Below, piece by piece: positions 42,489-51,548 of a DNA stretch of 56,979 nucleotides. Location of the stretch: NCBI GenBank assembly GCA_025450105.1, contig JANWIA010000025.1:1-56979 (forward strand). The letters run 5' to 3'. Both the position numbers and the translations under genes were made by a program. A model generated the notes under the pieces. The model had not been told where the DNA came from and made no database searches. It saw nothing but the letters and a program-made list of their open reading frames with translations. Origin of the DNA: Candidatus Doudnabacteria bacterium (GTDB taxonomy: Bacteria; Patescibacteriota; Doudnabacteria; UBA920; O2-02-FULL-48-8). The stretch's first letter is position 1; every line of letters begins with the position of its first letter.

Positions 42489-43483
42489 AAATTCTAAAAG
42501 CGATAATTGTTTTGATATTAGTTTTTGCAGCCGCTTTATGCACGGTTGCTTACTTTTCGTTTGAGCCGACAAAAAATCCACAATGGGGTGTAACTTTTTC
42601 CCCGACCCACGCGCAATACTTGGGCTTTGATTGGAAAACCATGTATTTGGATATTCTCAATGACTTACAGCCAAAAAATCTGCGGTTGATTGCCTATTGG
42701 GAAAATTTGGAACCACAACCGGATAAGTGGAACTTCCAGGATGTCCATGAAATGTTGCTTGAGGCGGATAAGCGTAACATTAAGGTGATATTGGCAGTCG
42801 GGCATAAAACTCCACGCTGGCCTGAATGCCATCATCCTGCCTGGTTTAATGATCTAACCAAAGAACAACAAGACGCAGCCCAGATCAAGATGGTCAAAAA
42901 GGTGGTAGAAGAATTTAAATCCCATTCATCTATTGAAGCGTGGCAGGTTGAGAACGAGCCGTATTTTAATTTTGGGCCAATGTGTCCAAAATCTACCGAA
43001 GATTTACTGGTATCAGAAATCAATGCGGTTAAGGAAATTGACCAACGGCCGATTCTGTTGACCGACAGTGGGGAATTGGGGCGATGGATTCCACTGGCCC
43101 GGCTTAACCCCGATATTTTTGGCACGACCATGTATCGAGTGGTTTACCACCATCAATTCGGGTAGTTTGAATATCCTTTACCGCCGGCATTTTTTAGAAT
43201 CAAAGCGGGATTGGTCACGATGTTTTCTGACGTTAAACATTTTTGGGGTGTGGAACTTCAAGCGGAGCCGTGGTTTGAGAAGGATATCGACCATACCGAT
43301 TTGCAAACACAGTTAACTTTAATGAATCCTAAACTTTTGCAGGATAACATTGAGTACGCCCGAGCGACTGGTTTGGAGAAACACTATTTTTGGGGAGTAG
43401 AGTGGTGGTACTGGATGGCACAGAAACAGAATGATTGGGGAATGTGGGGAACTGCTAAAGAACTTTTCCAAGACAAATATTAA
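42485..43483 (+). pseudogene. clan GH-A (GH5-like) glycosidase interrupted by one in-frame TAG
   Basis: ORFs 42485-43165 and 43211-43483 are in the same frame. TAG at 43163-43165. ENEP (acid/base) lies upstream of the stop and VELQAEPW (putative nucleophile) downstream. Confidence 0.7.
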
Positions 43484-43492
43484 TCATAGACA

Positions 43493-43518
43493 AGATCCTG
43501 AAACGAGTTCAGGATGGG
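43493..43518 (+). repeat. AGATC-hairpin-GATGGG element (copy b)
   Basis: agatcctgaa-acgag-ttcaggatggg. Both ends match copy a at 5042-5066. Confidence 0.5.
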
Positions 43519-43803
43519 CTTCTCCCCATCCTCACCATGTCCGGATCTTTTTCATTGGGGATAACTCGGCAGTTTGATAGATAATTCAGCTAGTTTTTAA
43601 ATACCATTCTTGTAGATAATTGCTAAGCAGATTTCAAAAAAACTAACCTATATTGCTAAAGTAAGCACATTTTTGTACAATTTGCACAAAAAAATGGGCA
43701 GTTTGAGTCGATTTTAAGCAGTTTAGGGTTGATTCTTTGTATATATTGACTATAATTTTAATACCCTCTTTGTGAGGATAATTAAAAAGAAAGGTATAAT
43801 TTT

Positions 43804-45036
43804 ATGGAAATTAACGAAATTATTGCCGAAAACCTTGTAAACCGACTAACAACTCTTTTGGGAAAAAAAATCACCGTAGCGAATCAACGCGGGGATGTTA
43901 TGGCCAGTTCGGATCTTTCTGAAACTGGAAAAAACTATGAACAATTCAGGAAAGCTATTGATACCACCAGTGAGGTTGAAACAGCTGGACCGGCTTCAAA
44001 AACCGAACTGGCTCAGGGTTTAATTATCCCGCTTACCTATTCTGAAGCAGTTGTTGGGGCAATCTTTGTGGAAGACACACCGGAACAATATTCACATTAC
44101 AAGAAAATTTTGGAGACCACGGTGGAATTGTTAATGCATCAAAATCTGGTCACGGATAATTTCCCATATAAGGATAAAATCAAGGACAATTTCATTTACG
44201 GTTTGCTGCACCGAAGGTTGTCATTGGAAGACAACAAGATTCGCGAAGAAGCGGAATTGTTTGAAGTTAATTTGAACCGCGATAAAATTGTTATCATCGT
44301 CAATGTCGATGGATTTTGGGAACAAAGTTTTGGTAGCAAAATTTGGGCTTCAGAAGATGAAAAGCAGACTGTCCTTAGCAGCTACAAAAAACGATTGTTT
44401 CAGGCGTTGAGTCAATTCTTTGGCCGTTTATCCGGATGTAATGTCTCATATTTTGGATCAGATACTTTTGTTGTCCTTGTCGATGAACTTTATACCATGG
44501 ATGGAAAAGAAATGATTGATATGGTTCGCGAAAAAGCTGAAGAATTTAACAAATTAATTTCATCACAGTTTGCAGACAGCCAATATAAACGCTTAATGAT
44601 CGGTATCGGAAGTTTTTATAAAGGCAAGGAAGGCGCAATTTTGTCTTTTGAAGAGGCAAAGCGCGCGTTGAATTTGGGCATGAGTATGGGTGAGACGCGA
44701 CAGCTCTATCATATTGATGATCTGGGAATGATTGCAACATTGGCCGGCGGCAACAAAAAATGGCAGGACAATTTTGTGAAGCGCTTGTTAATGAAATTGA
44801 TTGCCGAGGAATATTTACTGGAAACTTTGGAAGGATTTTTTGACAAGAACATGAGCCTGACGCAAACATCAAAGCAATTAAAAATTCATCGCAACACGTT
44901 GCTTTACCGTTTGGAAAAGATCAAGAAAGTTACCGGACTCGATCCTCGCAAATTCAATGACGCGATGGAGCTTAAAGTTGCGTTAATATTGAATAAAGTC
45001 CTGTATTTGGAGAAGAACTTCGTCCCACAGGTATAA
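43804..45036 (+). CDS. CdaR/PucR-family transcriptional regulator
   Basis: N-terminal diacid-recognition-like region. C-terminal HTH LKIHRNTLLYRLEKIKKVTGLDPRKF. Confidence 0.85.
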   Translation: MEINEIIAENLVNRLTTLLGKKITVANQRGDVMASSDLSETGKNYEQFRKAIDTTSEVETAGPASKTELAQGLIIPLTYSEAVVGAIFVEDTPEQYSHYKKILETTVELLMHQNLVTDNFPYKDKIKDNFIYGLLHRRLSLEDNKIREEAELFEVNLNRDKIVIIVNVDGFWEQSFGSKIWASEDEKQTVLSSYKKRLFQALSQFFGRLSGCNVSYFGSDTFVVLVDELYTMDGKEMIDMVREKAEEFNKLISSQFADSQYKRLMIGIGSFYKGKEGAILSFEEAKRALNLGMSMGETRQLYHIDDLGMIATLAGGNKKWQDNFVKRLLMKLIAEEYLLETLEGFFDKNMSLTQTSKQLKIHRNTLLYRLEKIKKVTGLDPRKFNDAMELKVALILNKVLYLEKNFVPQV

Positions 45037-45151
45037 GTTGTAGGTTCCATATAAAAACTGCCAATGCCCGGGATCTGCTTATTGGTGATAAGGCACAATA
45101 GACCGCCAGTTCATAAGCGTATAAGCTTGTAAAACTTAAGGAGATAGACTT

Positions 45152-45334
45152 ATGAACAGTTCCAACGAACAGCGATCAATGTTTCGTCCTATGAAATTGG
45201 CAAAAGATATTAAGCGACGATATTTCGACTTCGGGTTGAAGAAAACAACTCAAGTAAAAGCTAAACCCGAAATGCCTGTCGATTCGGTCGGTGACGGCAG
45301 AACATCGTTCTACCGCTTCAAATTAAAATTCTAA
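45152..45334 (+). CDS. hypothetical basic 60-aa protein
   Basis: TAAGGAGAT lies 7 nt before the ATG. Followed 7 nt later by a second 60-aa ORF. Confidence 0.45.
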   Translation: MNSSNEQRSMFRPMKLAKDIKRRYFDFGLKKTTQVKAKPEMPVDSVGDGRTSFYRFKLKF

Positions 45335-45341
45335 CAAACAT

Positions 45342-45524
45342 ATGGCCTTCAATTTATTAGTCATCTACGAAATTACCTATAAAGCTTCGATGGTGACGAG
45401 CCGAAGAAAACTAAAAGAATTTGAACAATGGGTCCGAGGCGTTTTACAAACTTATAACGACGCGGCCGTGGCTCGAGTCGCTAACATGCAATTGTTCCGT
45501 TTGCGAGACAGCTTCAACGTGTAA
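45342..45524 (+). CDS. hypothetical 60-aa protein
   Basis: Tightly follows the 45152 ORF. A terminator lies at 45550. Confidence 0.45.
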   Translation: MAFNLLVIYEITYKASMVTSRRKLKEFEQWVRGVLQTYNDAAVARVANMQLFRLRDSFNV

Positions 45525-45549
45525 AAGATAAGAACATTAATTAAAAGCA

Positions 45550-45577
45550 ATCCCCGCGAAAGCGGGGATCTTTATTT
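45550..45577 (+). terminator. rho-independent terminator
   Basis: atccccgc/gcggggat stem followed by ctttattt. Confidence 0.7.
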
Positions 45578-45599
45578 AGATCGCGGACCAAGTCCGCGA
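45571..45599 (+). repeat. post-terminator element TTTATTTAGATC plus an 8-bp GC hairpin (copy c)
   Basis: tttatttagatc followed by the tcgcggac/gtccgcga hairpin. The 12-mer is identical to 5035-5046. Confidence 0.5.
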
Positions 45600-45634
45600 A
45601 TGCAAGTTTGGCGTAGGATGGAGTCTTGTTATTG

Positions 45635-46189
45635 CTATACAGTCGTGGAATTCGGATCTATTGGGGCGGCAAGAGGAATTTCGATGCTCTTGGTGAGCTC
45701 TTCGAAGTCAGGCAACTCTTTAATATCTTTGATACCTAAGTGTTGCATGAGTTCAATCGTTGGCTTGTAGTGCTGCATGCGCTTGTCATTTTGGGCCGCG
45801 ATTTTTTCGATAAGACCGCGGATAAGCAGCTGACGTAGTGTGTATTGGGAATTGACGCCGCGAATATTTTCGATTTCTGCTTTTGAAATTGGCTGCTTGT
45901 AAACAATAATTGCTAAAGTTTCCAGCGCAGCATCCGTTAATTTTTCCCGAAGTTCCAATGATAAGAATTTTTTAACTTGGGTGCTATTGTCGGGATTTGT
46001 GGCCAACTGCACTTTGTCATTTAATGCCAAGACAATAATTCCCGAATCCTTGTTTTGGGAAGCCAAGTCAGTAATTGCGTCTTTGATTTTTTGTTCTTCA
46101 ACATCTAAAACTTCCACCAACTCGGAAATTAAGACCGGTTTTGAAGCGGCAAACAGGACGGATAAAATTTGGGATTTAAGTTTGCTCAT
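45635..46189 (-). CDS. scpB: segregation and condensation protein B
   Basis: ScpB-like double wHTH (ETLAIIVYKQPISKAEIENIRGV), downstream of scpA with an ATGA overlap. Confidence 0.9.
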   Translation of the reverse strand: MSKLKSQILSVLFAASKPVLISELVEVLDVEEQKIKDAITDLASQNKDSGIIVLALNDKVQLATNPDNSTQVKKFLSLELREKLTDAALETLAIIVYKQPISKAEIENIRGVNSQYTLRQLLIRGLIEKIAAQNDKRMQHYKPTIELMQHLGIKDIKELPDFEELTKSIEIPLAAPIDPNSTTV

Positions 46190-46884
46190 ACTTTCTTGAT
46201 CATTATGTCTTCGAATAATTTACTTTGTTCAACCGATAAAATTCTCTGTTTGGTTAATTCCAATACTGCGAGGAAAGTCACGACAACCTCGGTTTTACTT
46301 TTGGCCTCTTTGAGCAAGCTTGCCAAAGAAGTTTCAACTTTTTCTGCGATTAACTTTTGAATGTGCTCAATTTTGTCGGTAATGGAAACCACTTCCGCCA
46401 AAACTTGCTGTGGCAATCTAACGATTTCCTTTAATTCTGTGGCTAGCTTACTTAGGGATCCTGCCAGAGAATCAACGGTTACATCCGGGTCCGGTAGAAA
46501 GGTTACCCGGTCATCGAAATCGACTTCGTGGGTCCAGGATTGTCGGCGGCGAGAATCTAAATGGCGTAAGTACTTGCCCGCTTCCTTAAATTTTTTATAG
46601 GTCAATAATTGTAGGGTAAGGTCGGCGGTGGATTCTTCCTCCTCCATGCCCAAATCCAAATTCGGCAAAAGGGTTTTGGATTTGATGACCAGAAGCTTGG
46701 CGGCAATAACCAAAAAATCTACTAACCCAAGCGGATTTTTTTCCTGCAGATTTTTAACGTGGTCTAAAAATTGTTCGGTAACCTTGGCAATCGAAACTGT
46801 CGTGATATCGAGTTGTTGCTGCTCGATCAAACTCAATAACAGATCAAGAGGACCTTCGAATTGTTCAACCTTAACTTGTACCAT
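46186..46884 (-). CDS. scpA: segregation and condensation protein A
   Basis: FEGPLDLLLSLIEQQQLDI... kleisin N-terminus. Confidence 0.9.
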   Translation of the reverse strand: MVQVKVEQFEGPLDLLLSLIEQQQLDITTVSIAKVTEQFLDHVKNLQEKNPLGLVDFLVIAAKLLVIKSKTLLPNLDLGMEEEESTADLTLQLLTYKKFKEAGKYLRHLDSRRRQSWTHEVDFDDRVTFLPDPDVTVDSLAGSLSKLATELKEIVRLPQQVLAEVVSITDKIEHIQKLIAEKVETSLASLLKEAKSKTEVVVTFLAVLELTKQRILSVEQSKLFEDIMIKKV

Positions 46885-46886
46885 AA

Positions 46887-47351
46887 TTATTTTTTAACCG
46901 AGAAGCTTCCTTGGATTGGATTTTCTAGCTTTAAATAATCCTTCAATTTGATTTCCACAGATTCTGTGTAGGACCCGGCGGGGATATTCAAAGTCTGAAC
47001 CTTTGCCAGTTTTTTATCCAGGAAGACCGGAAGTTTATAGAGGCTGCCAAAGGGTGCGATTAATCCAACTTTGGTTTTTAATTTGGCAGTGATATCTTTT
47101 TCTTTGGCCATGCTTAATTTGTCTTCAGCTAATTTACTGACAGCTTTAAAATCACAATTCATTCCGGCTGGTAACACCGCAATATACAAACCCTTTTTAC
47201 CTTTGAGCAAAACACCTTTTGCAACTTCGGTCAGTTTAACGTCTTGAGTTTCGGCCGAATCAAAAGCAGTGTAGACCTTTCGGTGCTCTACAATTTCGTA
47301 TTTAACTTTGTTTTGTTTCAGGTGTTTTTCTAAATTTTTGGCAATTGCCAT
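46887..47351 (-). CDS. YbaK/ProX-type aminoacyl-tRNA deacylase domain protein
   Basis: 154 aa with a YbaK-like pattern (TLNIPAGS, VLPAGMNCDFK). Adjacent to aspS. Confidence 0.7.
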   Translation of the reverse strand: MAIAKNLEKHLKQNKVKYEIVEHRKVYTAFDSAETQDVKLTEVAKGVLLKGKKGLYIAVLPAGMNCDFKAVSKLAEDKLSMAKEKDITAKLKTKVGLIAPFGSLYKLPVFLDKKLAKVQTLNIPAGSYTESVEIKLKDYLKLENPIQGSFSVKK

Positions 47352-47353
47352 AA

Positions 47354-48763
47354 CTATTTCTTTTCTTTTGGCAGTTCGGATTTAATGTGTAGTTCCTTCA
47401 ACTGTTTGTCAGTGGCTGGGGCTGGGGAATCCATCATCATGTCGCGGCCGTCGCCGGTCTTAGGAAAGGCAATGACTTCACGGATGTTAGGTTCGTTGTT
47501 TAAAAGGTTAGTGAAGCGGTCTAAGCCCCAGGCAATACCACCATGCGGTGGTGCACCAAAGGACAAAGCTTCGAGCATATGGCCGAAATTCTTTTGAATC
47601 CTTTCGTCTTCAAAGCCCATAATTTGGAATACGGCTTTCAAGCCTTCTGGTCTGTGGTTGCGGATTGACCCGCCGCCGATTTCCAAACCGTTCAAGGCCA
47701 CGTCGTATTGTGAAGTTAAAATGTCGCCTATGTTTTACTTGGCCAGTAGATCGGCCATAAATTCCGGCTTTGGTGCGGAAAAGGGATTGTGGGTGAAGGT
47801 CCAGCCGCCTTCATCGTCCTTTTCAAAGAACGGAAAATCAATGACCCAGCAAAAAGCCAAAAGATTCGGATCGTTTTTGTCCTTTCGCAAATCTGGTCGA
47901 TCCGTGCCATATTTTTCCATAGCCTCTTTGTAGGACAACCGTGGGAAAGGTGTTTCTTGAATTTTCTTTTCAGGGAAAAGTTTGGTGACAATATCAATGA
48001 TCAATTTTTCATTGAGGGCAATGACGTCTTCGCGCTCAACAAAACTCATTTCCAAATCTAATTGCGTGAATTCCGGTTGGCGATCGCCGCGAGTGTCTTC
48101 ATCGCGGAAGCAGCGGGCAATTTGGAAATATTTTTCCAGGCCTGCAACCATCAATAACTGTTTATATTGCTGTGGTGATTGCGGTAAAGCGTAAAAACTT
48201 CCTGGATGTAATCGCGCGGGCACCAAGTAATCACGTGCGCCTTCGGGAGTGGATTTCGTCAAAATCGGTGTTTCGATTTCCAAAAATCCTTCTTTGTCCA
48301 GATAGTCGCGAATATGTTTGATAATTTTGTGGCGCGAAATCATATTTTTCTTCATGCGTTCGCGGCGCAAATCCAAATAACGGTATTTCATTCGGGATTC
48401 TTCGCCAATTTCATAGCCATTGGTATCAATGGCAATTGGCATGGCTTCGGACCGGTTCAAAATTTTCATGGCCGTAACTTCCATTTCAATTTTGCCCGTC
48501 AGCAATTCGGCATTGATTTGTTTTTCGGATCGGGGATTAATCTTGCCTTCTACCTCAAGGACAAATTCGTTGCGGACTTCCTGGGCCACCGCATGGGCTT
48601 CGGCCGAAACTTTTGGATTCACTACTAACTGGATCATTGTCGTGCGGTCCCGCAAATCAAAAAAGATCAGTTTTCCATGATCTCTTCGCACCGACACCCA
48701 ACCCTTTATCGATAGTGTTTGTCCAACCTGATCAACCGTGTCTTTAATGTATGTTCGTGTCAT
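47354..48763 (-). pseudogene. aspS: aspartate--tRNA ligase without a GAD domain, interrupted by one in-frame TAA
   Basis: OB-fold N-terminus, motif 2 FRDEDTRGDRQPEFTQLD, motif 3 GGGSIR...PPHGGIAWGLDR. TAA at 47735-47737 in the context ...ADLLAK*NIGDILTSQYDVALNG; both halves are in the same frame. Confidence 0.85.
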
Positions 48764-48889
48764 ATTGTTGTGAATTACTGCCAAATTATACCATAAAGTT
48801 TCATAAATTGCTAAAACCAAAGTACTTGTTTATAAGTCGTCGAAATAGATATGATATAATTGGTAGGTAATAATTTTTATTGAAACAAA

Positions 48890-49474
48890 ATGAGTTCACT
48901 GAACAAATTAGTTTTCGACGTTGAGACACAAAAATCCTTTGATGAGGTTGGAGGATTCGGGAAAAACCATTTATTGAAAGTTTCTGTGGTAGGGGTTTAT
49001 TCCTATCCGGAAAATAAACATTACTGTTTTGAAGAACGGGAAATCTATCGCTTAGGAGAAATGTTCCAGGAGGCCGACCAGATTATTGGCTACAATATTA
49101 AACACTTTGATTTTGAAGTTCTGCAACCGTATTTTAATTTTGATGTCCACACCTTACCTTATTTGGATATTATGGAAGAAGTCACCAAATTGCTCGGGCA
49201 CAGACTAAAGCTGGATAACTTAGCACAAAGTACCTTGGGGGTTGGTAAAAACGGCGATGGTTTGGAAGCTTTACGTTTGTTTAAGCAGGGCAGGCTTGAG
49301 GAATTAAAAAAATATTGCAGCCATGACGTTAAGATCACAAAAGATCTTTACGATTACGTACTAAGTTACGGCAAGCTTTTGTACAAAGATTATTTTGAAA
49401 CCCGCGAACTCAAAATTAGTTTCTTAGAACCGAGCCCGCGTAAACCTTTGGCAATTCAGGCATCCTTATTCTAA
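48890..49474 (+). CDS. DEDDh 3'-5' exonuclease (RNase T/DnaQ-like fold)
   Basis: Exo I FDVET, Exo II GYNIKHFDFEVL, Exo III CSHDVKITKDLY. Confidence 0.75.
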   Translation: MSSLNKLVFDVETQKSFDEVGGFGKNHLLKVSVVGVYSYPENKHYCFEEREIYRLGEMFQEADQIIGYNIKHFDFEVLQPYFNFDVHTLPYLDIMEEVTKLLGHRLKLDNLAQSTLGVGKNGDGLEALRLFKQGRLEELKKYCSHDVKITKDLYDYVLSYGKLLYKDYFETRELKISFLEPSPRKPLAIQASLF

Positions 49475-49482
49475 TCAAAAAA

Positions 49483-50355
49483 ATGTTCCGAAAGATTTCA
49501 ATCAGCGCACTAACATTAGTCGCTGCAGGATGTCTAATCTATTTTTTAATAATCCCGGCCTTTAGTGGTCGGTTATTAATTTCGCCAAGCTTACAATTAG
49601 GGCCGGTGACTTTCCGCTGGTATGGATTGATCATGGCAATGTCCGTAATGCTAGGTTATTTAGTGGCCAGAAAAAATTCCTGGCGGTTTGGCATTGCCAT
49701 ATCAGAAATTGATAATTTTTCATTTTGGTTGGTTATCACTTCGTTTTTAGGCGCCAGAATTTATTTTGTGTTGTTTGCCTGGAAATATTTTGCTGAATAC
49801 CCGGCGGAAATTGTTAAAGTCTGGCACGGCGGCATTTCAATTTTTGGCGCCCTTATTACCGGTGTCGTCTTCACATATTTTTGGTCGCGCAAAAAAGCCT
49901 ATAGTTTCAAGCAGTTGTTTGATTTAATCGCACTGGCGGTCCCTTTATCCCAAGCATTAGGACGATGGGGGAATTTTTTCAACCAAGAAGCTTACGGTGA
50001 ACCAACTGCTCTTGCTTGGAAAATGTATATTCAACCGCAATTCCGATCAAACATGCATTCTGACGAAAATTTTTTTCATCCAACCTTTTTGTATGAATCC
50101 CTGCTGTTGATCGGATTGTTCTTCCTCATGAAAAAACTATTAGGCCGGGTAAACCCCGGCGTCCTCGGTTTAATTTTCCTGGCCGGCTATTCTTTGATTA
50201 GGTTTTTTGTCGAACCGCTCCGGTTAGACAGTGTTTGGTTCCATGGAATTCGCGTGGACCAATTAATCGCGCTGGCCGTCATAATTATTTCCGGAATCTT
50301 TATTTTGCGCTGGCAATTCGGTCTTGGACAAAAAAAGGTGAATGTGCCGGAATGA
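49483..50355 (+). CDS. lgt: prolipoprotein diacylglyceryl transferase
   Basis: RWYGLIM..., GARIYFV, GRWGNFFNQEAYG signature. Confidence 0.9.
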   Translation: MFRKISISALTLVAAGCLIYFLIIPAFSGRLLISPSLQLGPVTFRWYGLIMAMSVMLGYLVARKNSWRFGIAISEIDNFSFWLVITSFLGARIYFVLFAWKYFAEYPAEIVKVWHGGISIFGALITGVVFTYFWSRKKAYSFKQLFDLIALAVPLSQALGRWGNFFNQEAYGEPTALAWKMYIQPQFRSNMHSDENFFHPTFLYESLLLIGLFFLMKKLLGRVNPGVLGLIFLAGYSLIRFFVEPLRLDSVWFHGIRVDQLIALAVIIISGIFILRWQFGLGQKKVNVPE

Positions 50356-50387
50356 TGATTGAATTTTTGTAATTTATACGGTATCCT

Positions 50388-51128
50388 TTGAACATGTTCA
50401 ATAAGATTTCTTCAATTACTTTAGCCGTTTTATTGTTCTTTGTATTTATGAGCGCCGTTTTGGGCAGTAGCCAAAGCGCCAACCAAAACATCGGCGTATT
50501 CATGGCATCCCTGTTCATACTAATTGTGGCCGCGTTCATTATAAATTTGCGCCGAATTGGTTTGTCCTGGCCACATCTGTTGCTGCCGACACTTTATCTG
50601 TTGGCGGTCGGGAGCTGTTTTGTGGTCATTACCAGCCCGACCATCCGCGTTTTGTTTTTGATCATTGCCTCAATCGCATATTATTTTGTGGAACTGGATT
50701 TAGGCCACGAAAGCCATTTCCTACAAAACATTTTTTTGCTTTCGGTCTTCGGGTTGTTTTTGGGGATTTTTGCCGTCCAATTCTATTTGCATTTAAGTAC
50801 CCGGATAATCGTTCCAATAATTTTTGTTATAACTTATTTGTTGACGGTACAGGGTTTTGCCGGTTTTTCGTTACCAATAAAAAAATATTTTTATTTATTG
50901 ATCGCATTAATCCTAGCCGAAGCCTCGTGGGGCCTGATTTTGTGGCCAACGCATTACGTCGTTAACACCGTAGTCATTTTTTCCATTTTCTATTTGTTGT
51001 GGATTTTTTCCTTCTCTGCATTTTTCGGAAAATTAACTAAGAAAAAAGTTTATTTGCAGTTAGCCCTGGTTGTATTCGTATTAACAGTAACCTTATCCAG
51101 CGCATCGTGGATGCCGCTGGCCAGATAA
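50388..51128 (+). CDS. polytopic membrane protein
   Basis: 246 aa with about seven hydrophobic helices. Confidence 0.5.
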   Translation: MNMFNKISSITLAVLLFFVFMSAVLGSSQSANQNIGVFMASLFILIVAAFIINLRRIGLSWPHLLLPTLYLLAVGSCFVVITSPTIRVLFLIIASIAYYFVELDLGHESHFLQNIFLLSVFGLFLGIFAVQFYLHLSTRIIVPIIFVITYLLTVQGFAGFSLPIKKYFYLLIALILAEASWGLILWPTHYVVNTVVIFSIFYLLWIFSFSAFFGKLTKKKVYLQLALVVFVLTVTLSSASWMPLAR

Positions 51129-51129
51129 T

Positions 51130-51435
51130 ATGAAAATAGATTGGACAATTTATACGCCATTCCAGCAGCGTGTTCTGAAACTAATTCAGCATATTCCAAG
51201 AGGGCAAGTTTGGACTTACAAGCAAGTCGCCGCAAGGTTGGGGAATCCTAAATTGGCCAGGGCAGTTGGCGGAGCGTTAAAAATCAACCGGCATGCTCCA
51301 GAAGTTCCGTGCCACAGAGTCGTGGCCAGCAATGGTTTGGGCGGCTATTCGGCACTCGGAGGGCTTAAGACCAAAAGAAAATTGTTGATTAAAGAAGGGT
51401 ATTTTTCAATAAACAATAATCAAAAATCAAAATAA
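51130..51435 (+). CDS. MGMT-family (methylated-DNA--protein-cysteine methyltransferase C-terminal domain) protein
   Basis: IPRGQVWTYKQVA...PCHRVV active-site motif, 101 aa. Confidence 0.85.
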   Translation: MKIDWTIYTPFQQRVLKLIQHIPRGQVWTYKQVAARLGNPKLARAVGGALKINRHAPEVPCHRVVASNGLGGYSALGGLKTKRKLLIKEGYFSINNNQKSK

Positions 51436-51548
51436 CAAAAAATAAACAATGTTCAAGATTCGATTAGTAAAATTAAGCTGAAAGTTGAGAATTGAGCATT
51501 GGAATTTATTTGGAAATTGATGTTTGAAAATTGATAATTATATATTTT

